Shown: positions 28,877 to 40,996 of the stretch, one piece after another | Position numbering within the stretch: the first letter of the stretch is position 1 | How the letters are laid out: each line of letters opens with the position of its first letter | NCBI GenBank assembly: GCA_041671645.1 | Contig: JBAZBD010000001.1 | Span: forward strand, 21,561 to 85,560 | Source of the DNA: Patescibacteria group bacterium | GTDB taxonomy: Bacteria > Patescibacteriota > UBA1384 > XYA2-FULL-43-10 > 1-14-0-10-43-13 | Length of the DNA: 64,000 bases | Direction of reading: 5' to 3' | The notes under the pieces: model-generated | What the model saw: the letters and a program-made list of their open reading frames with translations, nothing else | The model's database searches: none | What the model was told of the DNA's origin: nothing | Position numbers and translations under genes: made by a program

Positions 28877-28904
28877 ATTTTTAATTACTAATTTTTAATT
28901 TCTA
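28877..28904. repeat. Two tandem 14-nt AT-rich direct repeats (ATTTTTAATTwCTA) upstream of the surface-protein gene
   Basis: Copies at 28877-28890 and 28891-28904 differ at one position and sit in an AT-rich intergenic region. Confidence 0.6.
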
Positions 28905-28978
28905 ATCAAATCTTAATCATTAAAAATTTTAAATTGATTAAAACTTAGGAAATACGAATTAAGAATTAAAAGGATAAT

Positions 28979-30232
28979 ATGAAGAAAAATTTGTTAGTAT
29001 GCGTATCGGCGTTCTTGTCAGTTTTATTTTTGCCCACGCTTGCCATGGCGGCTGGTATTTCTGTCTCGTCTGGCAGTCTGAAATACCCAGGAGATGAAGC
29101 TACTGGCACCGTTACGGCTAGCGGCACTACTTTTAATGCCTTTTCGGGGACGATCGGGTCCGGCGGCGTGATCAAAATAGTGAGCTGTTCTCCTGGAGAT
29201 GCCCTCTGGGTAAACAAGCCAAACGGAGCTGGCAGTTTTGCCGGAGCTTTGACTGAGCCAGTTTCCTCATTTCGGATCGCTTCCTGCAAATTGAGAGCTA
29301 GTACGACAGGCAGTGGAACATTCTCTGTCTCTGGAGTATCTCTGGCCGACAAAGGACCTATCGTCGGGACTGATGGCGACAGCACATCCTTCAGCATCGT
29401 TCGCCGTCCGACGCCCCCAGGTGCTATCTCCATCTCTTCGGCGACTCACGCTGACCAAAATACGTCCTACGAAGCGAACACCGTCATCTTGTCCTGGGAT
29501 CGGCCAAGCAATATTACCGGTTTCTCCTATCTTCTCGATCAGACCGCTGACACTATTCCTGGCGCGAAGGTGACCTCCAATGAGATGACCGTCACTTATG
29601 CGGATCAAGCAATCGGGACATATTATTTCCATATCCGAGGACAGAACAATGATGGCTTTGGCGACACTTCGCATTTCAAAATTATGATCAAGGAGCCAGA
29701 TCCAAAGATTAAGGAAGAAATTGCCAAACCCTCCGATATTTCAATCTCAAAAACAAGCGACTTCAAAAATATTATAGCTGACGGCACCGCATCAGGTATC
29801 AAGATCTCAGGCCTGACACTGCCAGAGTATATGGCTAACATCAAATTGGAACCATCGCCAAAGATACCTGAGGGCAAATTGATGTCGGCCAAGGCTGACG
29901 CCAATGGCAGATTTGAATTCCTGATCGACTTTCCGATACCAGCAGGGTCGTATATTTTGACAGTTCAGGGTCAAAACAACAAAACTTTAACCCCAGTCTC
30001 CGATCCGATTCGCTTCGAGCTCTCTCAAAAAGAGGGTGGATCAATCCAAATTGTTACGGCAAGCGATGAAAATGTCCCCATTATTCCACCCAAGAAATGG
30101 CATGAAAAAGTAAATTGGTTGGCGGTTTCTATCGCAATAGCTTCGCTTTGGTTGATTTCCGCAGCCATAATTGTTACTTTGGCAGTAAGGAAAAAGATAA
30201 ATTTGAAGAAATTCACTAAATTGATTGGTTAG
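28979..30232 (+). CDS. Membrane-anchored surface protein with a cohesin-like N-terminal domain and Ig/FN3-like modules
   Basis: Signal peptide with an AMAAG cleavage region and a C-terminal TM anchor plus a basic tail. The N-terminal ~140 aa (PGDEATGTVTASGTTFNAFSGTIGSGGVIKIVSCSPGDAL) resemble the cohesin beta-sandwich pattern; this is pattern recognition only. Confidence 0.4.
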   Translation: MKKNLLVCVSAFLSVLFLPTLAMAAGISVSSGSLKYPGDEATGTVTASGTTFNAFSGTIGSGGVIKIVSCSPGDALWVNKPNGAGSFAGALTEPVSSFRIASCKLRASTTGSGTFSVSGVSLADKGPIVGTDGDSTSFSIVRRPTPPGAISISSATHADQNTSYEANTVILSWDRPSNITGFSYLLDQTADTIPGAKVTSNEMTVTYADQAIGTYYFHIRGQNNDGFGDTSHFKIMIKEPDPKIKEEIAKPSDISISKTSDFKNIIADGTASGIKISGLTLPEYMANIKLEPSPKIPEGKLMSAKADANGRFEFLIDFPIPAGSYILTVQGQNNKTLTPVSDPIRFELSQKEGGSIQIVTASDENVPIIPPKKWHEKVNWLAVSIAIASLWLISAAIIVTLAVRKKINLKKFTKLIG

Positions 30233-31660
30233 ATGAAAGAAAAACGAGCCATTTTTATCAGTACCGCTTCGCAAATAATTGTGCGATTTTTCACCTTGGC
30301 CTTTACTCTTATCGCGGTCAAACTGATCACAAACTATCTGGGAACCAAAGGAACCGGTGATTATAACACTATTAATACCTTCCTGGGCTTCTTCATTGTC
30401 ATTGCTGACCTCGGTCTATTCTCTGTAGCCGTAAGGGAAATCGCCAAAAATCCAGAAAAAGAGAGAAAAATTCTTTCGAATGTCCTGGCGATTAGAATTA
30501 TTACCGCGATCTTGGCTGTTATCTTTGCGGTGATAATAATGTTTTCTACAAAGTTCAGCCCAGAAGTAAAATTTGGCACTTTGGTCGGAAGCGGTTTTAT
30601 TTTCTTCAATCTGCTCTCGAGCGTTTACGATGTCGTTTTGCAGTACAAATTGCAGATGCAGTTCTCTGCGCTAGCTGAGTTTATAACTCGAATTATTACT
30701 CTGATCGCCCTGTATATCGTAATCAAAAGTCATGGGAATTTTTACTTGATCATGGCGACACTTACCTTTTCGGCGATACTAATATATTTCTTCAAAAAGA
30801 TTTTTTCTGATCGTCTGGCTAAATTCAGACCGGAATTCGACCAGAAAATATCAAAATGGATCTTCGATCTCGCTTGGCCTCTGGGAATCGTCTTCGTCAT
30901 GAATAATCTGTTTTTCAAGATCGACACTCTGATGGTAGCCTGGATCAAAGGATCGGTTGCTGTCGGGATTTATTCAACAGCTTACAAAGTGATCGAGGTG
31001 ATAGTTTTCATGGGCGGTTATTTTGCTAGTAGTTTGAAGCCTGTCATCTCCCGAGAGATAGATCGCGACAAAGAAGGCGTAGCCCGCATAATTCAAAAAT
31101 CGGTAAATATTATGCTGATTCTTTCCCTGCCGGTCACTATCATCTCAGTCGCCTTTTCCAGAGAGATAATCCTCTTTATTAGTAGCCCAGATTTTGCAAT
31201 TGGCGCGAAGGCCCTAATTGTCTTGTCCTTCACTCTACCATTTATTTATCTTGACACCTTGCTTGGTGAAGTGCTCCTGGCCAGCAACGCTCGGAAGTTA
31301 CTTGTCAAAATAGCTGTTTTTATCTTGGCTTTCAACTTTTTGACGAATCTTTACTTCATTCCGAAATACTCATACATGGGCGCCGCCTTTACGACCCTAA
31401 TGTCAGAAATAGTCTTGTTTGGCGTAAATTATTACTATACTAAGAAAATATTGCCCTATTCATTCGACAAAAAAATGATCGCAAAGATATTCGCGATTTC
31501 CTTGATCTCTTATTTTTTCGCCGTAGCGGTGAAACAGGCCACTTCTTGGCACTTCCTGATTATTATGGCTCTGACACTAGTTCTCTACATTCTTTTGCTT
31601 AATGCATGGAAGATACTCACTCTCGCAAGCTTGAAAGAACTGCGTAAAAGCGACCAATAG
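30233..31660 (+). CDS. Polysaccharide flippase (Wzx-like, MOP superfamily)
   Basis: 475 aa with about 12-14 TM helices in the Wzx/PST arrangement. The start overlaps the upstream stop. Confidence 0.7.
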   Translation: MKEKRAIFISTASQIIVRFFTLAFTLIAVKLITNYLGTKGTGDYNTINTFLGFFIVIADLGLFSVAVREIAKNPEKERKILSNVLAIRIITAILAVIFAVIIMFSTKFSPEVKFGTLVGSGFIFFNLLSSVYDVVLQYKLQMQFSALAEFITRIITLIALYIVIKSHGNFYLIMATLTFSAILIYFFKKIFSDRLAKFRPEFDQKISKWIFDLAWPLGIVFVMNNLFFKIDTLMVAWIKGSVAVGIYSTAYKVIEVIVFMGGYFASSLKPVISREIDRDKEGVARIIQKSVNIMLILSLPVTIISVAFSREIILFISSPDFAIGAKALIVLSFTLPFIYLDTLLGEVLLASNARKLLVKIAVFILAFNFLTNLYFIPKYSYMGAAFTTLMSEIVLFGVNYYYTKKILPYSFDKKMIAKIFAISLISYFFAVAVKQATSWHFLIIMALTLVLYILLLNAWKILTLASLKELRKSDQ

Positions 31661-31662
31661 CG

Positions 31663-32535
31663 CTATTTAGCTTTGATTAAATCAAAGTCCTTTTTGGCTT
31701 GAGCAAAGGCCCAAAAAGGAGTTTTGAGCGCTTTTGCTTTTCCCTTGCCATAGAAGAACATGCAGGCTAGTATCGGCCTTAGTTTGCGCCAGAAGAAACA
31801 CAGAAGATAGATATGTGAAAAGTTCTTCAGGAAGAAATAGTACTCGTTGTGGAAAAAGTCAAAGTACCAATCAATCCGTGATTTTTGGCGGCCACCACCA
31901 CTTTTGTGGGCCAGATGGATAATTTCGGCCTCTGGATCAAAAATTATTTTGTAGCCAGCGGCCACGACTCTCAAGACAAAATCGCTCTCTTCTCTCATGG
32001 CGTTGCCAATATAATTCTCGTCATAATAGCCAGCTTTGGCGATTATCTCTCGGTAAATAGAGAAGTTCCCTCCGGCGACCGTGTTCACTTCTTCTCGATC
32101 ACGGCTGGTCCAGTTGACGATAATATTGCCAGTCTTGGTGATATGGTTGGCCTTGCCGGAAGTGAAAACCCCCTTTTCATGAGGTAGGACGACTCGTCCA
32201 GTCACTGCAGAAATGCTCTTGTCCTCATAATTCTTGAGGTGCTTGGCTAGAAATCCTTCGACCGGGATGATGTCGTCATCGAGGAATAATACTAATTCCC
32301 CTGTCGCCTTCCGAGCAGCGAAATTCCTGGCGGCTGGCGCGTTTGGCACATCCAAATGAAAATATTTGATAATCGGAATTTTGGCCACAAAATCGAGGAA
32401 AGGTTTGTCGACATCTTCAGACTGATCGATAATCAAAATTTCCTCAATCAAAGATTTTTCTCGAAGCAAAAGATCGATTGTATCTTTGAGCACACCGTAT
32501 CGATTGAGAGTTGGGATGATAATTGAAAATTTCAT
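31663..32535 (-). CDS. Glycosyltransferase family 2
   Basis: N-terminal GT-A fold with FSIIIPTLNR and DQSED / DDD motifs. Confidence 0.75.
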   Translation of the reverse strand: MKFSIIIPTLNRYGVLKDTIDLLLREKSLIEEILIIDQSEDVDKPFLDFVAKIPIIKYFHLDVPNAPAARNFAARKATGELVLFLDDDIIPVEGFLAKHLKNYEDKSISAVTGRVVLPHEKGVFTSGKANHITKTGNIIVNWTSRDREEVNTVAGGNFSIYREIIAKAGYYDENYIGNAMREESDFVLRVVAAGYKIIFDPEAEIIHLAHKSGGGRQKSRIDWYFDFFHNEYYFFLKNFSHIYLLCFFWRKLRPILACMFFYGKGKAKALKTPFWAFAQAKKDFDLIKAK

Positions 32536-32543
32536 ATTTAGTC

Positions 32544-33545
32544 TTAATTAATTCCTGAAACTTCGTCGAGCATCCAACTTGATTGTCGCCTTGAGGCCCA
32601 GCCAGAATAGCGACGTTTGCATTTGATAATGAGTGAAGCCAACGATGGGGACAGAGCCAGGATTGATCTCATCAATTCTCGGCTTCTGCTTGAGATGTAT
32701 TTTTCTGATTCCTGATAGTTTGACTTGGCCTTCTCGTAATCCTTCGCTTCTAGGTAATAATTGCCGAGTCGAATCAGGTAAGTCCCGATTTGGCTCTGGA
32801 CGAAAGTTTTATCAACAGGATCGAGCTCCCATGTACCATCTATTTTTTTGTAGCAATAGACCAGATCGATCAGCATTTTGTCTACTCTGTGAGAGAGGCT
32901 GGTACGATGGAATCTCCAACGAAAGAGCGGCTCCGAGATAAAGGTAAGTTGTCCCTCTCGAGCTAGACGAAGCCAAAGCTCATAATCATCAGCGAGCTTC
33001 ATCTTTTCGTCGAAACCGCCGAGTTTCTTCAAAACTGACGCTCTAACCACCGCGCCAGTCGTCGTCAAGATAAAATTCTGCTTGATTAAAGCCTTCAAAA
33101 TACTCTTTTGGCTTGGCACAGACTCAATCTCGGGCCATCGGGCGGCAAGATCAATCTTTTTGACATCATCGAAAATGAAACCATTGGCGAAATTGGCAAC
33201 TGCGTCAGAGTTTTTCTCGAGAGAATCGACTTGTTTGGCCAGCTTGGTCGAAAGCCAAAGATCGTCATGGTCAGAGAAGGCAATATACTTGCCACGAGAA
33301 TTTTTGATTCCGGTATTTTTGGTCCCAGCCGGCGCACCAGCGTTCTTATCGTGTTCTATGAGACGCAGTTTGTCGCCATAACTCTTGATTATCTCAACTG
33401 AATTGTCGGTCGAGCAATCGTCAACTAGAATCAATTCAAAATCTTTGAACGTTTGGCCAAGGACTGAGTCTATTGTTTGTCGCAGATTTTTGGCGCCGTT
33501 GTAAACCGGAATGATGATCGAAACCAGCGGACTTTTATCGCCCAT
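32544..33545 (-). CDS. Glycosyltransferase family 2 with a C-terminal helical extension
   Basis: VSIIIPVYNG...LILVDDCSTD GT2 signature, DXD motif, and a TPR-like helical tail. Confidence 0.75.
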   Translation of the reverse strand: MGDKSPLVSIIIPVYNGAKNLRQTIDSVLGQTFKDFELILVDDCSTDNSVEIIKSYGDKLRLIEHDKNAGAPAGTKNTGIKNSRGKYIAFSDHDDLWLSTKLAKQVDSLEKNSDAVANFANGFIFDDVKKIDLAARWPEIESVPSQKSILKALIKQNFILTTTGAVVRASVLKKLGGFDEKMKLADDYELWLRLAREGQLTFISEPLFRWRFHRTSLSHRVDKMLIDLVYCYKKIDGTWELDPVDKTFVQSQIGTYLIRLGNYYLEAKDYEKAKSNYQESEKYISSRSRELMRSILALSPSLASLIIKCKRRYSGWASRRQSSWMLDEVSGIN

Positions 33546-33586
33546 AGTATTCCTGAAAATTTAATAGTTTGATATATTAAAATTAC

Positions 33587-34684
33587 ATGATAATCGGCGT
33601 TGATACAAGAGAATTGGGCGAGAGGAAGACTGGCAAGGGCTGGTATGTTTACCATGTCCTGAAAAGGATGCTGGAAAGAGATCACGAAAATACCTATCTT
33701 TTGTATTCTAACAAAGAAATCGATTTTCCTCACTTCAAAAATGCCAAACTGGTCAAAGTCGAGAGCGGAGGGATTGGTTGGCATTTCAAGGTAAACAGTC
33801 GATTGGGAAAGGATGGGGTCGATCTATATTGGGCTCCGACTAGCCCAATCGTACCAGCAATCGCCAAGATCCCGACCGTTCATACCATCCATGATCTTTC
33901 AAACTTGATCTTCCCCCAAACACACACCTGGAAAGGAATCTTGGTCGACAAAATTTTCACTTATTGGGCAGTCAAGAGGACGAAAAAAGTCATAACTATT
34001 TCAGAGGCGACCCAAAAAGATATCTTGAGTTTCTATCCTTTCGCAAAGGGAAAAATTGAGATTACGCCGCTCGGCTTCGACCAAGCTTTCAAACCCATGA
34101 CTGATAGCGAAATCGCACCAATTCTGGCGGAAGACAAACTCAAACCTGGCTATATTCTCTTCGTCGGGACACTCGAGCCCAGGAAAAATATTGAGACGAT
34201 ACTAGGCGCATTTGCCAAGTTAGACCCCAAAACGCAAGAAGCTCATCCGCTCATAATTTGCGGCAAGAAGGGTTGGCTTTATGAGAATATATTTGCCAAA
34301 GTCGATCAGCTGAATCTCAAAGACAAGGTCAAATTCCTGGAGCACAAGGGGCTCAGAGAGCTACCAGCGCTTTATAATGGGGCTTCGGTCTTCGTCTTCC
34401 CGTCTCTATATGAAGGGTTTGGTTTGCCACCGCTCGAAGCAATGGCCTGCGGCAAGGCAGTCATCGTAAGCAATGTTAGCTCTCTGCCAGAGGTAGTCGG
34501 AGACGCTGGCATTTTGATAGAGCCAAAAGACGCCGATAATCTGGCACAAAATATTACAAAAATACTAAGCGACAACAACTATCGCCAAGATCTAGAGCAA
34601 AGAGGATTGAGAAGAGCGAAAGAGTTCTCCTGGGAAAAAACTGCCGATCAGACCAGAGACATACTGTCGAATATATTGAAATAA
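33587..34684 (+). CDS. Glycosyltransferase family 4
   Basis: EGFGLPPLEAMACGKAVIVSN motif in a GT-B fold. Confidence 0.8.
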   Translation: MIIGVDTRELGERKTGKGWYVYHVLKRMLERDHENTYLLYSNKEIDFPHFKNAKLVKVESGGIGWHFKVNSRLGKDGVDLYWAPTSPIVPAIAKIPTVHTIHDLSNLIFPQTHTWKGILVDKIFTYWAVKRTKKVITISEATQKDILSFYPFAKGKIEITPLGFDQAFKPMTDSEIAPILAEDKLKPGYILFVGTLEPRKNIETILGAFAKLDPKTQEAHPLIICGKKGWLYENIFAKVDQLNLKDKVKFLEHKGLRELPALYNGASVFVFPSLYEGFGLPPLEAMACGKAVIVSNVSSLPEVVGDAGILIEPKDADNLAQNITKILSDNNYRQDLEQRGLRRAKEFSWEKTADQTRDILSNILK

Positions 34685-34685
34685 A

Positions 34686-35147
34686 CTATTTGTTCTGCCA
34701 GTCGTTGTGGAAATAAAATGATGGAATCTTCTCACGAGATTCCTCTTTTTTTGGCTTGTTTTTTTCGAGCGATATCCAAATTAGAAAATTGAATAATCCG
34801 ACGGGCAGAACGATCAGAATCGCAAAATAGAGATAGTTCACAATTAACTTCGTCGAGAGATAGATATCATCACTAGTCAGCCAAAGATAGGGCGCAGGAA
34901 TCTTCTTGAAGAAGAGTAGGAGTGCCATCGTCGTAATGATCAGTAAATTAACGATGTAACGTAATTTGACCTGGGAAAGAAACAGCAGGACGCCAGACAA
35001 TAGCGCTGCAAAACGAAAACGTCCGCCCCATTCTGGATGGTAGAAGGCTAACGTGAACATGATGATTATCAAAAGAGCAAATACCGATCTGATCGGAGAC
35101 TCGCTACTTTCGTTTTTTTCTTGTGGGGGCTGCTGGGGGTGGGTCAT
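34686..35147 (-). CDS. Small membrane protein of unknown function
   Basis: 153 aa with 3-4 TM helices; convergent with and abutting the GT4 gene. The start is uncertain. Confidence 0.3.
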   Translation of the reverse strand: MTHPQQPPQEKNESSESPIRSVFALLIIIMFTLAFYHPEWGGRFRFAALLSGVLLFLSQVKLRYIVNLLIITTMALLLFFKKIPAPYLWLTSDDIYLSTKLIVNYLYFAILIVLPVGLFNFLIWISLEKNKPKKEESREKIPSFYFHNDWQNK

Positions 35148-36597
35148 TTTTCTTCAGAATTAATACTTTATCATTATAAACTATAGAGTAATTCTTGAAA
35201 TCTGTGGGCGACGAGGTAGCCTCGGGCGGAAAGTAGATATAGTCATATTTGACTTCGTTGCCTTTCGCTAGATAGTCATCTAGGGCTGGCTTTTCAAAGA
35301 GCATATTATCATACACTAGATTGTAGCGATCACCTACCGCCTTGATCCATATGCCATAGCGCCAATAAGCCGCAATCGTTTTATCTTCGGGAATGTTGTC
35401 CCTTACCCAGGTGATGGCCTTTTGGTCCGATCCAGTCATAATTGCCTGGGCTCCCGGGTCATTCTTCTGCCAATTCAATAATACTGTGTTGGCGCTGTAG
35501 CTAGGAGCGATCGCAAGAAATGCGAGTATCGCGATTAATGTACAACGAGCAACCGCTGGCAAAATCACCGTTTTGGCTAGCGAATAGATCCCGACCGCCG
35601 CGAATACGGCCAGACCCATTTCGAAATACGGGTAGAAGCGAAATGAGAGGAAATATATCCCGAAAACATAGTTTAGCGACATGAAAAGCCCTGCGATTAC
35701 AAGGGCAAATCCAACCTTCACTTCATGCTTGACCCAGTTTTTCAACGAAGCGATAAGTCCAATTATAGCCAAGAATGGGACAAGGATGCGTTGTGGTTGG
35801 TCAGAAGTAAGGATCAGCCAAAACGGGCGCTGACCGTATCCCTTCGGATCGCCCGAGACGAAAAGTAAAAACTTTTCAATCAAGTCATTTTTGAAGAAAT
35901 AAGTAAGCAGTCCGGCCAAGGCATATATTGCCAATAAAATCAAAAGAAATTTCCTGCTCTCTTTGTTCTCTGACTCGACGAATGTAAGAACACAAATAGT
36001 TATGAAAAATAATACATATATGATAAACGAAAGCGGATGGGAAAAAATTAAAATTATTGAAAAAATAATTGTAAAGACGATATTCTTTTTTACAAAGAAA
36101 TAGAGCAGGAGTGCAAACGCAAACCAGCCCCACGTCTCTCCGAGAAGGCCCATCCTGATACCGTCGTTGGTCCAGCGACTTGTCACGAAGATCAGGGCTG
36201 ACAAGAAACCGACGATCCAACTCTTCGAGATTGATTTGGCGAGGAGCGCAACCCCGAGGCCGGCAAGAAAAAAGTAGAAGGAAATAGTTACAGTGAAGAG
36301 CCGAGGCAATTCTACCCCGTGGAACACAATGGAAAGCCATTTGAAAATTATCAGCGGGATCGGGTAGAACATCCCACATATATCGCTGAAGCTCATGGTC
36401 TTGATTCGAGTAATATGAGTCGCTGGATCATCGCCTATCGGAAAAGCAGTGACACGCGCGTATTGGAATGCAAAGTAATAGAGCAGATAAACAAAAAATG
36501 CCCCGACCAAACTTCTCCAAAGAAGGGGGTATTTTTTGAAAAAATTAGAGACTTTTACAATAGCCATTTCCTGATAATCATACCAGAAAATGGCCAT
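35104..36597 (-). CDS. Polytopic membrane protein, GT-C-like putative glycosyltransferase
   Basis: About 11 TM helices followed by a soluble C-terminal domain of roughly 130 aa; the architecture resembles ArnT/PMT/oligosaccharyltransferase-like GT-C enzymes. Confidence 0.4.
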   Translation of the reverse strand: MAIFWYDYQEMAIVKVSNFFKKYPLLWRSLVGAFFVYLLYYFAFQYARVTAFPIGDDPATHITRIKTMSFSDICGMFYPIPLIIFKWLSIVFHGVELPRLFTVTISFYFFLAGLGVALLAKSISKSWIVGFLSALIFVTSRWTNDGIRMGLLGETWGWFAFALLLYFFVKKNIVFTIIFSIILIFSHPLSFIIYVLFFITICVLTFVESENKESRKFLLILLAIYALAGLLTYFFKNDLIEKFLLFVSGDPKGYGQRPFWLILTSDQPQRILVPFLAIIGLIASLKNWVKHEVKVGFALVIAGLFMSLNYVFGIYFLSFRFYPYFEMGLAVFAAVGIYSLAKTVILPAVARCTLIAILAFLAIAPSYSANTVLLNWQKNDPGAQAIMTGSDQKAITWVRDNIPEDKTIAAYWRYGIWIKAVGDRYNLVYDNMLFEKPALDDYLAKGNEVKYDYIYFPPEATSSPTDFKNYSIVYNDKVLILKKNDPPPAAPTRKKRK

Positions 36598-36628
36598 CCA
36601 GCGGAAGTGGACGAGACGAAATCAAAGC

Positions 36629-38806
<2,178 letters not shown>

Positions 38807-38807
<1 letters not shown>

Positions 38808-39970
38808 TATTTGATCTTCTTAGCTTTTTCCCATGGCAGATCTAGATCTGGACGGCCAAAATGGCCGTAGGCGGCGCATTGTCGATAGAGTGGTCGACGA
38901 AGTTTCAACTCTTTGATGATCATACCTGGACGAAGATCAAAGTTCTTGGCGATTTTTTCAGCGATTGCTTCATCAGAGATCTTACCCGTGCCCGAAGTGT
39001 TGACGTAAACAGACAATGGCTCTGGCTTGCCGATAGCGTAGGCGAGCTGGATTTCGCATTTGGAAGCAAGCCCAGAAGCTACAACGCTCTTGGCGACCCA
39101 ACGAGCGGCATAAGCGCCAGATCGGTCAACCTTCGACGGATCTTTGCCCGAGAAAGCGCCTCCGCCATGACGAGCATATCCACCATAAGTATCAACAATA
39201 ATTTTTCGGCCAGTCAGACCTGTGTCGCCCTCAGGGCCACCGATCACAAATTTACCTGTCGTATTAACATAAATCTTGGTCGCTTTGTCAATTTCAAAAC
39301 CATATTCCCTGAGCACTGGAGCGATCACTTTCTCGGTGATTTCTTTTCTCAAAGTCTTCTGGTCTTTGTCTTCTGCGTGTTGAGCGGCGATTAAGACCGT
39401 GTGAATTCGGGCTGGTTTGTCATTTTCATATTCAACAGTGACCTGAGATTTGCCATCAGGATAGAGACCTTTGACAATATTCTTCTTGCGAACTTCAGCT
39501 AGACGCTGGCAAAGTCTGTGCGCTAGCGTGATCGGAAGTGGCATCAGCTCTGGTGTTTCGTCGCATGCAAAGCCAAACATTAAGCCCTGATCCCCTGCAC
39601 CAAGATGCTCCAAGTCTTCCTTCACAATTTTGCCGCCAGCGGTTTGTTCGAAGCTATCAACACCCTGGGCGATGTCCGAAGACTGTTCTTTGATCGCGGT
39701 CATGACACCGGAGGATGAGTGGTGGAAGCCACAACCGTCATAGCCGATCTCTTTGATTACGTTTCGCGCAATCTTGGCCATATCAACGTATGCGTTGGTC
39801 GTAACTTCACCTGCTACCACGGCAACACCATTGGTCAACAACGTCTCTACCGCGACTCTGGATTTTTCGTCCTTCTCAAGCAACGCGTCTAGAACTGCGT
39901 CGGAAATCTGATCCGCCATTTTGTCAGGATGACCCTCCGTCACTGACTCGGAGGTAAATAAATAACTCAT
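38807..39970 (-). CDS. metK: S-adenosylmethionine synthetase
   Basis: Start [17 protein letters not shown]; canonical MetK throughout ([17 protein letters not shown]). GGAG ribosome-binding site. The track ORF extends upstream of the true start. Confidence 0.95.
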
Positions 39971-40064
39971 ACTAAGCTCCAATCCGCCAAAGGGCGGAGA
40001 ATTAAGAATATTGAATATAGAATCAAGGTTCGAACCCATAATTCCAAATTCGAGATTCCAAATT

Positions 40065-40090
40065 CAAAAAAGGCTTGCCACCGGCAAGAC
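40065..40090 (-). terminator. Riboswitch expression-platform terminator
   Basis: On the minus strand, GTCTTGCC-GGTG-GCAAGCC is followed by TTTTTTG, directly 3' of the SAM-I aptamer. Confidence 0.6.
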
Positions 40091-40099
40091 TTTACATTT

Positions 40100-40193
40100 T
40101 TATCTTGCCCGAAGGCTTGGATTTAGCACTTTACCTTGCGGCAAGCTGCTGGATGGTCGACGGGCCAATTCCCTACCATCACTCTTGATAATT
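40100..40193 (-). ncRNA. SAM-I (S-box) riboswitch in the leader of the metK-adoK-ahcY operon
   Basis: The minus-strand sequence TTATCAAGAGTGATGGTAGGGAATTGGCCCGTCGACCATC...AGTGCTAAATCCAAGCCTTCGGGCAAGATAA matches the SAM-I consensus: P1 UUAUC/GAUAA, P2 with a kink-turn GAUGGU/ACCAUC, GGCCC, GUGCUAAAUCC, and a P4 GCC-uucg-GGC, followed by the terminator. Confidence 0.72.
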
Positions 40194-40209
40194 ATTTGAT
40201 TGTAAATCC

Positions 40210-40248
40210 ACAATACCAATGCTTTGGTCGGCTGTCAAATTCGTACAT
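40210..40248 (-). promoter_or_regulatory. Putative sigma70 promoter for the riboswitch-metK operon (TTGACA-17-TATTGT)
   Basis: On the minus strand, TTGACA (40243-40248) and TATTGT (40210-40215) are separated by a 17-nt spacer, about 15 nt upstream of the aptamer. Confidence 0.45.
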
Positions 40249-40306
40249 TGTAGATCGTGATTATATTTGTTATGTTAGTGATATATTTATTCAGGAAGAG
40301 AATGAA

Positions 40307-40996
40307 ATGAAACTCGTTATCGTCATCCCCGCTTATAATGAAGAAGCGGCCATTGAACATGTTTTGAAATCATTGCCCAAGAAGATCGAGGGTATCGATG
40401 ATATTATTTCCTTAGTGGTCGACGATGGCTCTACCGACAAGACAGCCGAGAAAGCATCCCAGCACGCGGGCAGACTCGTCCAGCATGCTATCAATTTGGG
40501 TGTAGGAGCAGCCACAATCACAGGGTTGGAAGCTGCCAAAAAACTTGGTGCAGATATTGTCGTCACTATGGACGCAGACGGCCAGCACAATCCAAAAGAT
40601 ATTCGTAGAGTCATCCTGCCGATTTTGGAAAAAAATGTGGACGTGGTGGTCGGGACCAGAATGTATAACGCGGAAGGCATGCCGAAGTTCAAAATCTTTG
40701 GTAATCATATGATGAATGTGATGACCTTGATAGTGTTTCGTAAATGGTCTTCTGACTCTCAATCAGGCATGAAAGCATTTAACAGGAAAGCACTTAGAAA
40801 GATTTGCCTGCATTCGATGGGATACGAAATTTGTTCTGAGATTGTCGGCGAGATTAAGCGCAACAGGTTGAAGCACCTTGAAGTGCCGATCGAAGTCCTC
40901 TATTCAAGCTACTCCAAACAAAAAGGCCAGAGTTGGATGAACGGAGTTAATATTTTAACAAAAATACTAACCATTAAAATCGCAGGGAGAAAATAA
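40307..40996 (+). CDS. Glycosyltransferase family 2 (Dpm1/GtrB-like polyprenyl-phosphate sugar transferase)
   Basis: Start MKLVIVIPAYNEE with an AGGAAG ribosome-binding site; VVDDGSTD and DADGQH motifs. The track ORF extends upstream of the true start. Confidence 0.8.
   Translation: MKLVIVIPAYNEEAAIEHVLKSLPKKIEGIDDIISLVVDDGSTDKTAEKASQHAGRLVQHAINLGVGAATITGLEAAKKLGADIVVTMDADGQHNPKDIRRVILPILEKNVDVVVGTRMYNAEGMPKFKIFGNHMMNVMTLIVFRKWSSDSQSGMKAFNRKALRKICLHSMGYEICSEIVGEIKRNRLKHLEVPIEVLYSSYSKQKGQSWMNGVNILTKILTIKIAGRK

Noticed and set aside
40026-40036. tRNA-like T-loop motif GGTTCGAACCC in the metK leader
   Set aside because: Flanking sequence does not form a T-stem, acceptor stem or anticodon arm on either strand; it is an isolated motif.
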